Below, one piece after another: positions 1 to 13,041 of a stretch of 64,000 bases of DNA. The stretch lies in NCBI RefSeq assembly GCF_009914755.1, contig NC_060947.1, one strand, 5' to 3'. Both the position numbers and the translations under genes were made by a program. The notes under the pieces are model-generated. The model ran no database searches. It was not told the DNA's origin and saw only the letters and a program-made list of their open reading frames with translations. Within the stretch, counting starts at the first letter, position 1; each line of letters starts with the position of its first letter. This DNA is from the human T2T-CHM13v2.0 reference genome, Homo sapiens.

Positions 1-67
1 GATCGCGCCTTTGCACTCCAGCCTGGACAACAAGAGTGAAACTCCGTCTCAAAAAAAAAAAAAAAAA
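1..67 (+). mobile_element. Alu 3' end (AluSp/Sq-like) with poly(A) tail
   Basis: gcactccagcctggacaacaagagtgaaactccgtctc followed by an A run. Confidence 0.9.
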
Positions 68-479
68 TCATTAGGAAGGTGCCACAACAGAAATGGCCAT
101 AATAACTCATATCTTGGTGAATTAAACATTCATTTTTAACACCAGGTAAAGTATTTGGTTTACTTATTATTTTGCCAGGAGGAGGGGTCATGTAGTCTAA
201 TAAATATATGTACTGTGTCTTTAAAACTAGAATCACCATCAGCAAGATTCTCCTGCTTTAAGAAGCACAAGAGAATTGAGAATGAATGAAAGAAAAACAT
301 TTTTATTTACCATTCTACATGTGTGGAGTGGAACAGACCTTCTTCATTCTAAGAGTTAAGATGTAAGTGAGGTCGCTCACATAGTCAGGGCCAAAATCCG
401 AACTGAAATCTGATCTTCCTCTTAGACAAACCTCTAAAAAGGGCCCTCAGGACATTTCCACTTGCATCCCTCTCCTTGT

Positions 480-1842
480 GGTCACACTCCAGTCTATTGT
501 TTACATCCATCACTCTGGCAAAACAGTACAGTGTACTTGCTATGGCCCAGCAATGACCTCGTTGTTGCTTCTTCCAATGGATCCGCTTCGACTTGAGTCT
601 GAAGTGAGTTCTTGCAGCAGCATTTGACTATATCAACCACAAGTTTTGTGAGACAACAAACTCCTGCTTTTTTCTCTCAGTGATATTCTTCAGTTTCCTT
701 TACTGGCTCATCTTCCTTCGCCAAGTCTTTAAGATGTTGAAGTCAGAACTGAACTCTCTTTCCTCGCTCCCCTTTAGGTTAACTCCTCCAGACCCATGGC
801 TGCAATTACCATCAATAAGCCATTAACCCTTGTATATTTCTAACCCAGACTTCCCATTTTAAGTCTAGACACACATACCCAGTATCACCTCAGCATTTCC
901 AGGTATCCAACAGAAAATGTCAAAACCAACCTATAGCCTTGTCTTCCATCCTCATCTCAATGGATGGTAGGCTAGGCTAGGCTCCACCCATGTGACAAGT
1001 ACTGTATTATGCTATGTTCTGGGGACTAGATGGTGAATACTTCATGGAGTGTATAGTCTAATGGGGAGTGAGGCATTAATAAAAGTTGTACGAATTTTTA
1101 AATACAAGCTGTAATGAGTTTCATGAAGAAAACATGGTGGTGTCATGGGAGAATCTAATAAGGGGACCTCCATCCATTTACACCAGCTAGAAACTGAACT
1201 CCATCCTTGACACCACAGAGCCCACCCCTTGCCAATTCTCCCTCTTCATTGCCACCCTCACTTTAATCCACAGCTCTGTCACTTGGACTCCTGCAACAAT
1301 CTCATGTGGTCTCTGGGCATCTTCTACAATCCTTTCTCCATACTGATTCAGGAATATTCAGGGCCTATTGAAACTGCACATCCAGTCATGTCTCTCCCCT
1401 GATTAAAAGCTTCGAGTTGCTTTCATGGCTTTTCAACAATGATTAAACTTCCTAACTTGTCCTACAAAGTCCTGAATGATGAGCGGTTGCCTGCTTTCTG
1501 GCCTCATTCCCCTTGCTCCCTCTTCATTGTTCAATCCCATTCTCTGCTTGGAATTCTTCATCTCAGCCTTTCACCTTTACCGCTTCAGGATTGCTCTCAG
1601 CTCACCATTTGCTCAGAGAATGAATCCCTCATCCCAGGAATGTAGGTAGTCATGTCCCCTTATCAGATGCTCCCATGACGCCACCATGTTTTCTTCATAA
1701 CACTCATTATAGCTTGCATTTAAAAACGTGTACAATTTTTATAATGCCTCATTCCCAATTAGACTATAAACTCCATGAAGTATTCACCGTCTAGTCCCCA
1801 ACACGTAGCACAATACCGTACTTGCCACATGGGTGGAGCCTA
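480..1842 (+). mobile_element. LINE-2 (L2) 3' region, interrupted by an inverted copy of its own 3' end (978-1167)
   Basis: L2-like motifs (ccatcctcatctcaatggatgg...ctccatcc...agaaactgaactccatccttgac; tagactataaactccatgaag). Confidence 0.7.
978..1842. repeat. Inverted repeat, arms 978-1167 and 1654-1842
   Basis: Hand alignment of the reverse complement of 978-1167 to 1654-1842 gives 21 mismatches + 1 gap over 190 bp (~88%). Confidence 0.95.
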
Positions 1843-4039
1843 TCTGATGAAAATATTCCTGAACTTATAAAAAAATAGACTATTTTTCAGTTCTAGGCTA
1901 GCCTTCCTTTTCTTCATTTCCAGCTTTTTGCCTCATGTACATCAATCAACTGACATTCATCAAGCACAGCTTTAGGCAAAGCATATAACTTGGTGCTCTA
2001 GGGGGAAAAGCATGTATAAGAGACAGTGGCTGTTCTCAAAGAATCTGGAATAGCTGGTCTGCAGCTCTAATGGGAATCATAGGTCAGTAGAGCCCTTGTC
2101 TCTCCAAGACTTGCAAAAACATTTCTTCTGTCATGGACTCACTACAGCAGGATAGTGTTTGGACTCACCCAAATGTTTAATGAACAGGGAGCTTCCCCCA
2201 GCTTTTCTTACCCTCTACTCACATCACAGCAGGGACAACTATGCCCCATTAATATCATGCTAGAGCAGTTTTTCAGGCGCTGTTTTCTATCTCTGTAGGC
2301 CTGCATTTTCTCAAGTAGGTCCCTTAGAACACTAATTCCATAGTTTATACTGGGCCAAAAAGTTTCCCTTGCCATGTAATTTTGAGAAACATCGCGTTAA
2401 ACAAAATTAAAGTTTTCCCCCATAGAATTTCTCAGAATCTTTAGTGTACTAATGTGTATGACAAATCTCTAAGAATATTATGTATTTCCCAAATTTATAA
2501 AATCATGGAATCCGCTTTTCAAGCACTACGTTTTGGGACTAAATATCCTGAGAATACATTGTGTTGAGGGTTTTAACACAGAGTTGAAGGGTTCCTGTGT
2601 GCCTGTAAGCCCAATCTGCAACAGAAATGTAAAACAGAGCTGAAGGTGATGGTCAAAGTTAAAATTCCACAACACTGGTAAATAAAGGAGAGAAGATTTA
2701 CTGCTAAAGCCCAGGATAGATCTTTGTATTCTCATTTTCTTAATTCCATTTGTAAAATTAATTGGATGTGACAGCATGTGTATTTTAACTAAAAGCTGCA
2801 TGTAGTCCTGAAGACCTTTCTGTGGATTTGCATTTCTATGTCCTATTTTTCCCGCTATAGCAATTCATAGTTTAGTCAGGGCCAGATTGCACACATCTGA
2901 CTCTCTCTTCCTTCTTATCCCTATATGGACTAATTTTTGTCTGTCATCTTTCTGTGGATTGGTTAAATATGTGAAACGTGTTTGAGACTCTCTGGGATGG
3001 AAGTTCATCATGACAACCAGCCATTATTGCTCTCTGCTCGCTGCTCAGCAGGACTTCAGCCAACCCACACATAGCTTGGGGTGCAAGCTCCTGGCAGTTA
3101 GGCAGTTATTACCTGCAGGACACACACCTGCCTTTGGCTTTCATTGACTTAGGGGCAAATCCAAGTAGACCTCAGGGGCATTATGAGGTTCCTATGCATT
3201 TAGGGGAATTCATTATAGATCCTAAATATAAGTATGGAGATAATACTTGCTTAAAGCTAATGGTATTTTGTAAGTATTGTCAGACTTGGATTTAACTGCA
3301 CGTAATTCTTTCATCTCAGCCTGCTTCTCTGTGGATGTTAATGGCATTTCCTTTTTGAGTCTTCTTTTCCATATTGCTGTTTCTCTGAAGACAGAAATTC
3401 TGCTGAGTTCTTCACCTTCATTCCAGTAGTATTTTCTTCTTCACTTACATCTTTGAATTTCAATTCGTAGCAGAGTTTTAGCGAATTGTACCCATTAACC
3501 CTTTCATTTCATGGCTTAAAATCAATATACATTTTTATTAAAGGGTCCAGAAAAAAAAAGGCAACTCTGAGCTTCCTACATCCAAACACATTTTATTTAC
3601 CACAGGAACATCTTTCTGCTACTTCTTGAATCTAATGTTCTTTGACTAGATTATACAGGAAATTTCTGAGTTCCTTTTCTTGCCCATGGGACTCATTAGC
3701 CAATATTGTATTTTCCTGACCTCCAGTAAATAGCATGTGTAACAGTATTACACTGTTTGCTAGGCAGTCCCAAAGCAGACACGCTTGAATCAAAGGGACT
3801 GAAAGTTCAAAGTTCTATGGTTTCAGAAAAAGTAGGAATAAAAATGTGCCTTGTGTCCCCTTAGCAATAAGCTTGGAAAAGCCAATCAATTATAATGGAG
3901 ATATAGAGCCATCAAAGAAATACCACTTCTTAAGCAGGGCCAGGTAACCTTAGAGAAAGATCAATAAGAAGTCCGTGGACCTTTGCCAAGAGTGTTTTCG
4001 AAGGAATCATTGAAAAAGGAGCCAGAGTCTGATTTAAGA

Positions 4040-4255
4040 AGGGCTGGGATAGGTCTGTAGATTCTGCATTTCTAACAAACACCTAGGTTATGCTGATGCC
4101 AAAGTGCCTAGACCACACTTTGAGTAACAAGCCTTTAGAAATTTTTGGAAAAGACACATCTCAGGACTCATCCCAGATGAATCAGAATCTACATGTTCAC
4201 AAGATCACAGGTTCCCAAGTGATTCATATGCACGTTAAAGTTTGAAAAACATTCA
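4040..4255. mobile_element. Two adjacent MER5 (hAT-Charlie MITE) fragments
   Basis: attctgcatttctaacaaac...gaccacactttgagtaacaag and aatcagaatct...aagtttgaaaaaca motifs. Confidence 0.7.
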
Positions 4256-4287
4256 TCAAAAAGACTCCCACCTTTTATTCAAAAGTC

Positions 4288-4585
4288 TTTTTTTCTCTCT
4301 CTTTTTTTGAGGCAGGGTCTGTCTCGCTCTGTCTCCCAGGCTGGAGTGTGGTGATCTTGGCTCACTGCAACCTCTGCCTTCTAGGCTCAAGCCATCCTCC
4401 CACCTCAGCCTCCCAAGTAGCTGGGACTGCAGGTGTGCGCCACCATGCCCACCTAATTTTTGTATTTTTAGTAGAGACAGGGTTTTGCCATGTTGCCCAG
4501 GCTGGTCTTGAACTCCTGGGCTCAAGCAATCCTGCCACCTCAGCCTCCAAAAGTGCTAAGATTACAGGTGTGAGCCATTGCACCT
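4288..4585 (-). mobile_element. AluJ
   Basis: Dimeric Alu with J-type ggctcaagccatcctcc; TSD-like aaaagtcttttt on both sides. Confidence 0.9.
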
Positions 4586-5871
4586 AAAAGTCTTTTTTTT
4601 TTTTCTAAATGCCTTCTCATTTTATTTGACTGTTAAACATTTTCTAGGCTGCAACAGTTGTGGTTAAAACTGTTATGATCTTTTGTGGGTTTTGCTAGCC
4701 AAGTAGTTTACGGCCATTTATAAGCGGGCTATGTTATGTATGTATATTCTTTAAAATGAATTAAATATTTATTGAGTCTTTTCTAGGTGCTGTGTACTGT
4801 GCTGGACATTGTTACAAAGAGGGATAAGATGTGCTGTCTGTTCTCAGGGAATCACAGCTATATGGTGAAATGATCCTAGCCCAGATTTAACATAGGATAT
4901 CTCTAAGTGCCATAAGGTGGGAAGTGGAGAGACACTATTTCCACAAAAGGAGCTATTTTTGTCATGAAACATCTTCATTTTGTACCATGATCACTAAAGA
5001 TGACATTTTCCAGCTGGCCATGATCCAGAAATTCACAGATTCTAGGTGTGTTTACTGTAAATAAGCCTAGACAAACCTTGACAAAAGCATTCTATAGATA
5101 AGGACTCCCATTTGCAAATACCATCAGGAAATCCAATTAGCAAATTCACAAGGACAAGTGACCTGGTCATTTCTCTCTGGTGTGCCTCCCTGGGTGAGAA
5201 AGGCTGGATTGCAGATCAGCTGTTAACTCTTTCCTTCTCACTTGCATAGATATGTCATGTGGGGAGCTAGCTGATGAAGTACACTATTTAGAGGGTGGAC
5301 TCTTGGTGATGGGGGAAGAACAAGAGAAACAAATTTCTAAGAAGTTTCTGTGGAAAACAGCTTACCGTAGTCTAACAAAACACACCCTGTAAATGTAGCA
5401 TCTGAAAGAAGATAGGCATGCAATAAACATTCATCAAATACACAAAAATGCAAATCTTCTATAGGGCAAACAGCTTAGAACACGAATTGACTCACAACAC
5501 ACCCCTGCATCATCTTGAAGACATTAATGATTAACCCACTTTCACACTGGTGGGATTAATCCTGTGTGGGATTAATCTAGCACAGTAAAAAAATGCAGGG
5601 TATTCCCTGACCTCCAATTGGCTGAGTCCAGTTGTTAGAACTGCTGGTGTGATCACTGGTAATAAATGGCTTTATGTTTATTCTCACTTTAAAAAGCCAC
5701 TTTGACATTCAGCTTTGCAAAATGAATTCAGACGTTTAATGCTCCATTGAGAATTAGTGGATTTGTTTCATGTTCAAAACCCATGAACAAAACAGAGCTT
5801 ATTCTAGAAACCAATTATTCAACATTCTGAAGCTCTCCAGAGCACCAGAGCGCATATAAAAGAAATACCTT

Positions 5872-6191
5872 GGCCAAGCATGGCGGCTCATGCCTGTAAG
5901 CCCAGCATTTCGGGAGGTTGAAGCAGGTGGACTGCTTAAGCCCCGGAGTTCGAGACCACACTGGGCAACATGGTCAAACCCCATCTCTACAACAAATACA
6001 AAAAAATTAACCAGGCATGATGGCACATGCCTGTAGTCCCAGCTACTTGGGAGGCTGAGGTGGGAGGATCACCTAAGCCCAGGGAAGTCGAAGCTGCAGT
6101 GAGCTATGATTGCACCACTGCACAACAACCTAGGCAACAGAGTGAGACCCTGTCTTAAGGAAAAAAATAAAAGAGAGAGAGAGAGAGAGAG
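5872..6191 (+). mobile_element. AluJ with (GA)n-containing tail
   Basis: ggccaagcatggcggctcatgcctg...gagaccctgtct + A/(GA)n tail. Confidence 0.9.
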
Positions 6192-6245
6192 ATACCTGAA
6201 TAGGTACCATTTAGAACTTTTTAAGAAAATACCTGAACAGGTACT

Positions 6246-6576
<331 letters not shown>

Positions 6577-6761
6577 TCTGTTTACACACTACCACATAGG
6601 ATGGTCCTTGGAAACAGAAAATACCACCCAAACTCTCTCTTGGCAATCACCCTTATTAAGTGAGTGTGTTTCATTTTGGTGCTAATTAAATGAATTTTGC
6701 TTTGCTGGATCTGTGAAATCACTCAATTTCTTGTTTAGCTCCTTTAGATAAACCATAACTA

Positions 6762-7065
6762 GGCTGGGCGTGGTGGCTCACACCTGTAATCCCAGCACTT
6801 TGGGAGGCCGAGGCGGGCAGATCACCTGAGGTCAGGAGTTGAAGAGTAGCCTGACCAATATGGTGAAACCCTGTCCCTACCAAAAATACAAAAAAAAAAT
6901 TAGCTGGGTGTGGTGGCACTTGCCTATAGTCCCAGCTACTCAGGAGGCTGAGGCAGGAGAATCACTTGAACCTAGGAGGCGGAGGTTACGGTGAGCAGAG
7001 ATGGCGCCACTGCACTCCAGCCTGGGCGACAGAGCGAGACTCCGTCTCAAAACAAACAAACAAAA
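6762..7065 (+). mobile_element. AluSx-like
   Basis: Complete dimer with (CAAA)n tail; TSD-like ccataac. Confidence 0.9.
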
Positions 7066-7094
7066 GCCATAACACTACTAACTTGTCTCTTTTT

Positions 7095-7240
7095 CTTTTT
7101 TAATTTTTTTGACAGATTTATTGAGATATAGTTCATATAGCATAAAATTCACTATTTAAAGTTTATAGTTGAGTGGTTTTCAATATATTACAGAGTTTTA
7201 CAACCATCACTGCAATCTAATCTTAGGCCATTTCAATTTT
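7095..7240 (-). mobile_element. L1M 3' UTR fragment
   Basis: tttattgagatatagttcatatagcataaaattcac, typical L1MB 3' end in reverse. Confidence 0.65.
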
Positions 7241-8521
7241 CCTCTATTAAAAAAGGATTTCCTAAACTAGGGCTAGCCAAGTATTCCCAGCGTGGAAGAA
7301 ACAGGCAAGACCTTTAGATTATGATTAGGTCCAAAGAAATGTCACAGGAAGGCAGATGGGAAAGAAGAGTTGTTTTGTGTGGTACAGCAACCCTGCCTGC
7401 CACTCACAAGGAGAAAATAAAAGGGCAAAGGGCAAAGGGCAAGTTTGCATCTATAAATAGATTCTAGAAATAGCCACTGAATGAAAGCAGCAACTCTCTT
7501 GGAAGAGCTTTGTTGCCAACACAAAGATTAGATTCCTAGTTCCCAAATGAGGTAAGTGTTGGGTTGTACTGCGAAAGGCCTCTTGACTCAAAAAGTCCTT
7601 TGAGTAGATGGTGGGGCAGCAGGATATTATGTTATGGATTTACCTCTCCAATTAGAAAATATAGGGCTTGTGAAATGCACACACACCTGTGCAAATCCAA
7701 GCACCTCCCATAAATCTTCAGAATGGTTTTGTACCCAAAATAATGCAAACAAAGATCACATAATTTAAAAAAAGTGACAGAATTTAAGTGAAGAAAGCAT
7801 TATATATAACTATTGGAAAGTATAATTTAAAAGAAAATGCTTAATCTTTCCAGAAAGGAAAAAAATGAAAAGAAAATACAGTGAATTAACAGCAATTGTA
7901 TCTAATGGTAGAGGACAGATTTTTTCCCAAATTTTCTGTCTTATCCCATTGTTTAATAAGCTTATGATACTACTATACTTTTTTATAACTAAAACTTTTA
8001 ATAAAGATATAAAACAAAAACAAATTGTGAAACATTAGTGGTATAATTTTTTGATACTTTAAAAATATTTTTTAGCCAACATCAAAAAGCAAAATTAAAA
8101 AATGAATTGTCACTGAGTATAAACAGATACGATAAATGCATTTCTAGCACAGGGTCTTACACGTCATAAACATTCCATGTTTCTATGTTCATTTTCTTCA
8201 CCTTTAAAATGGACACTAGTCCTCTTTCAATTTTTATTCATCAAAGCTAAGAGCGCAAAACCTGAATAATTTTTTTTTGTTTGGTTAATGAACTATAAGT
8301 GATCAATCTCAAGTCTCATAAGAACCCTTTCATGGAAACCTGATTTGCTAGACAGTGATCTGGACACTGCTGAGGATTTCAGAAATACTCTGCCTGCTCC
8401 AGCCAGAGCTCCAACCTGTGCCTCTAATCCTCCATACCCCCAAATCGCTTACACTTTCTACCTCCTCGATGTCTCCTGAAAGTGTCTGTTTCCTCCAACA
8501 CTACTTGCTGCTTCTCTAGAG

Positions 8522-8743
8522 CAGGAGTTGGCAATGTTTTTCTGTAAAGGGCCAGATAGTAAATATTTTAGACTTTGCAGACCATACGGTCTCTTTTGCA
8601 ACAACTCAACTCTGCTGCTGTATAGCAAGAGGGGCCACGGATAATACACAAATACATGGACATGATTGTATTGTAACAAAATCTTGTTTACAAAAACAGG
8701 CAGTGGGCTGGATATAGTTTATAGTTCACAGTTTGCCATTCCT
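8522..8743. mobile_element. MER58A (hAT) inserted in L2
   Basis: caggagttggcaa...gtaaagggccagatagtaaatattt...tttgccattcctg; TSD-like (c)tctagag/ccctagag. Confidence 0.8.
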
Positions 8744-9098
8744 GGCCCTAGAGTGTTCCACTACCTCATTGTTGATCTACCTGGCTCCAGTCTTCTTTCC
8801 TTACAACCTACTCTCCACCCTAGTCAGAATGATATTCCTGAAATGTAAACCTGATTATGGCAGTCTTTCAGAGAGATATGGATACCAAATGTACATTCTC
8901 TTCTATTTGCTTTGTCACAGAGTTCTGATTTTTTGTCAGAGAATATACAGTACATGGCAGTCCAGGAAAAAAATAATAATACACAACCTAGCCTCCTTCA
9001 TAACAAGGTATAAATATGTAACAAGTCCTGGTCAGGAATATATAAATTGAAGTATGATGTGAGATTTGAAGACAGGCCCCTTTAAAATTAGGAAGCAG

Positions 9099-9228
9099 TG
9101 CTGGGTGTGATGGCTCACGCCTGTAATCCCAACACTTTAGGAAGCCGAGGTGGGAGGATCACTTGAGGCCAAGAGTTCAAGACCAGCGAGATCCTGTCTC
9201 CACAAAAAAATAAAAAAATAAGATAAAA
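9099..9228 (+). mobile_element. FLAM/Alu left monomer inserted in an MLT1-like LTR relic
   Basis: Monomer with A tail, flanked by duplicated aaaattaggaag. Confidence 0.8.
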
Positions 9229-9301
9229 TTAGGAAGTGGAGTATTGACTTGGAGTGCAGATGTAAAGATGTGATGGGTAGAATTTCAGCAACTATCATGG
9301 C

Positions 9302-9544
9302 CAGTGCGATCTCTGCTCACTGCAGCCTCCACCTCCCAGTTTCAAGCGATTCTCCCACCTCAGCCTCCAGAGTAGCTGAGACTACAGGAGCACGCCACCA
9401 TGCCCGGCTAATTTTTGTGTTTTTAGTAGAGATGGGGTTTCACCATATTGGCTAGGCTGGTCTCAGACTCCTGACCTCAAGTGATCCACCTGCCTCGGCC
9501 TCTCAAAGTGCTGTGATTACAGGCAGGAGCCACCGTGCCCAGTC
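9302..9544 (-). mobile_element. AluS lacking its 3' end and tail
   Basis: Starts abruptly at cagtgcgatctctgctcactgc. Confidence 0.85.
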
Positions 9545-10503
9545 CCCTGCATTATTTCTACAGCCTCAGCTCATGCTCCTTCCCTTCCTACTCTCAGCTT
9601 CAGCCATATTTTACTTTCAGTTCCTTGGAGGGGTGATGACTAATCTGCTGACCATCTCCCACGCAGCACCCTCTGCCTGAAATGCTCTCAGTCTTTCCTG
9701 CTTCTCCTCCTGGATTGTTACTCGTTCTCTTGTCTCTGCTGAGGTGTCATTCCCTCCAGGAAGGTTTCCTGAATGGCAGTATCTTCCCTCATAAGTGGAG
9801 TTTCTTTCTCACTGATGTTTGGATCCCCGGGGCCTAGCCCAATGTCTGATACTCAGTGGGTTGTAGAAGAAATATGCACTGAATTCATTAATTAATCAAT
9901 GAATCAAAGAAATGATGTACTATCTACAAGTTAAATGCAGTATCTCAGCTGGAGTCTTCATAGCCAGGTTTCCTGGGATAACAGCTATAAATTAACATGC
10001 TTTTCTAAAGTCATTTACTCCTTTTAAAAATTAAATAGAGGTTGCCAACAAAACTACTAAAGCTAACTTAAATAATATAACTTAAAGATGACAAAAACCT
10101 GAATAACATGTAAGAAATATAGACTTTAGAACAATTTCTTACTATGCTGCAAGTATTTCTTAAATGAATGCATTTTTTTTCTCTGATTTCCTCCAGATTA
10201 GTGCCACTGAGTACCAGGCTGGTTCATTATTCATTACTTGCTCATTTAAGTATAGAAGTTGAGAGTACTTGGAAATATTGTCACCTTTACAGAGTAAATG
10301 AATTATATTTCAATCTGATAATAAAAAATGTTTTTGTATTTTTTGTCCTTTTGTTACTTTATTTTTAAGTAAGTAAATGTTAGTGTGTTTGAAAGATGTA
10401 TGGGTTCACAATAAATAGGAAATTGTTTTAAAAACTGGTTTTCCCTACCAATAATTTGGGAAGCACTGTGTAAATGTTTTAATCTGGGTTAGATCATCTA
10501 AAG

Positions 10504-10724
10504 CTGTGGTTCTCAATCAGGGGAGTTCTGTTTCCCAGAAGACATTTGGCAATGTCTGGAGACATTTTTGGTTGTCACGACTGGCATAGGGGGAATAATA
10601 CTGGCATGTGGTGTGGGTAGAGACCAGGGATGCTGCTACACATCCTACAATGCACTGGAACAGCCTCCACAGCAAAGAATGTTCGGGTCTCAAATGTCAA
10701 CAGTGCTGAGGTTGAGAATCCCTG
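10504..10724. mobile_element. MER20 (hAT)
   Basis: gacatttggcaatgtctggagacatttttggttgtcac core; perfect 8-bp TSD atctaaag (10496-10503 and 10725-10732). Confidence 0.92.
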
Positions 10725-10782
10725 ATCTAAAGATTTATCTAAACTCAGAACCTAAGCCAGTTTAGGGCCAAAGACCGACCCA

Positions 10783-10902
10783 CCCTCCCTCCCTCCCTCC
10801 CTTTCTCTCTTCCTCCCTTTCATTCATCTTTCCATCCTTCCCCTCTCTCTTTCTTTCCTTCTTTCTTTTCTTTTTTCTTTTCTTTCTTCTTTCTTTTCTT
10901 TC
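10783..10902. repeat. CT-rich low-complexity tract
   Basis: (CCCT)n/(CTTT)n run. Confidence 0.85.
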
Positions 10903-11627
10903 ATGTTCATTCTTCTTTCCTCTTCTCAGCTGATAACTTGCTTCTTCCCATCAGAACGACAAACAGAAAAATTACATGCTCACATGCTTACACAGTTAGA
11001 TTTGATAAAAACTTTCTGCTCTTTTTTGAGTCAAAGAGACTTTCTTCTTCCTCTTGACACCCTCAGATTCTTCATGGCAGAGCAAAAAGACAAGCACAGT
11101 ATGATTATTTTGCAGCAGGAGGGTCTCATGACTCTTTTCTCCTATGACCAGTTTTTCTGACAGCTAGTTTTGTTTTGTTTTTTTAATTTCTCAGGCTCTT
11201 ATTTAGAACATGTGTTAGCATGAATTTGAAAGCAATGCTGAGATGTTCCCATTACAAAAACTTCTCTATTGACCCTTCTGGCAACCATCTCAATTAAAAT
11301 TATTTTCCTGTTGGACTTGAATTTACTGTTCAAGCTTCTTGGAAAATATTTTTTTCAAATACATATAAACAGGCCCTAACAAGTTTTGCTAAACAAAAAC
11401 ATGAAATGATTTATCTATTGCTGTTTATGCTTATTTGCATTCTCATTGCTACTAGAAATCATTTAATTTCACTTGATTTTCATTCAATGACCTGACCTGT
11501 TTTCTTCATGTTGGCAGAAGAACATTTATGTCATCAATGCTATTTCTAGTTTACTGGCCCCAAAATTAAAATGGTGAATCAGAATGGGACCAAACAGAGG
11601 GAGTTACTTTCCAGTGCCTCACAAGAC

Positions 11628-12113
<486 letters not shown>

Positions 12114-12121
12114 GCCTATAC

Positions 12122-12617
12122 TCATGATTTCCAACCCTGGTTGCACATTAAAGACCACTTTGGGAGTTTTACTTTATTTTCATTGTTTTTTGTTGTTTTG
12201 TTTGTTTTGAGACAGGGTCTCGCTCTGTCACCCAGGCTGGCACAGGCACAACTGTGACTCACTGCAGCCTCGATCCCCTGGGCTCAATCAATCCTCCCAC
12301 CTCAGCCTACTTAGTAACTAGGACCACAGGTGTACGCCATCATGCCCAGCTAATTTTTAAATTTTTTATAGAGAGAGGGTCTCACGATGTTGCCCAGGCT
12401 GGTCTCAAACTCCTGGGCTCAAGCAAATCTTCCCACCTCAGCCTCCCAAATCGCTGGGATTACAGGTGTGAGCCACCATGCCCAGCCCACCTTGGGGGTT
12501 TTAAAAGCCCAGAGGCCCATGCTACATGCCAGACTAATTAGATTGTTTAAGGGTGAGACAGAAGAATTTTTTAAAGCTCCCCAGGTAATTCTGTGTAGCC
12601 AAGGTTCAGAACCAGTG
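12122..12617. mobile_element. MER5B interrupted by an AluJ (12181-12487, minus)
   Basis: ccaaccctggttgcacattaa...aagctccccaggtaattc...aaggttcagaaccagtg. Confidence 0.75.
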
Positions 12618-12625
12618 GGTTATCC

Positions 12626-12852
12626 CGGGGTTCCTTAACTGCAGAAGGCTGTTCTAGCACTGCAGGGGTTTAGCAGTGTCCCTGGCCTCTACCTACTAGA
12701 AGCCAATAGAACTAACTCCCCCAACCCCCACCGCCATTGTCATCCAAACTCTGCAGACACTGTCAAAGGTCCTTGGGGGCAAAATTCCAAAATTCCCCCA
12801 TCAACTGCTGAGGCCTCCCTCCTCCCCCTCCCACTGTGGCTGAGAACCACTG
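12626..12852. mobile_element. MER20 (hAT)
   Basis: tttagcagtgtccctggcctctacctactaga...tgagaaccactg. Confidence 0.8.
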
Positions 12853-12889
12853 GGTTAGAGTTCATTGTTTTCTTTCCAAGAGAGATCAC

Positions 12890-13041
12890 TGACCTACCCA
12901 AATCAGAATCATTTCAGCTCAGGGCTTATTAGCAGTGCACATTCTAAAGCCCCACCCAGATCTGAATCAGAATCCTCCAGGAGATCTGGATGCTTGTTAG
13001 TATCTATAATTCTCAAGTGGTTTAAAGTTAGAGAATCACTG
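12890..13041. mobile_element. MER5 (hAT)
   Basis: cccacccagatctgaatcagaatc...aagttagagaatcactg. Confidence 0.65.
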
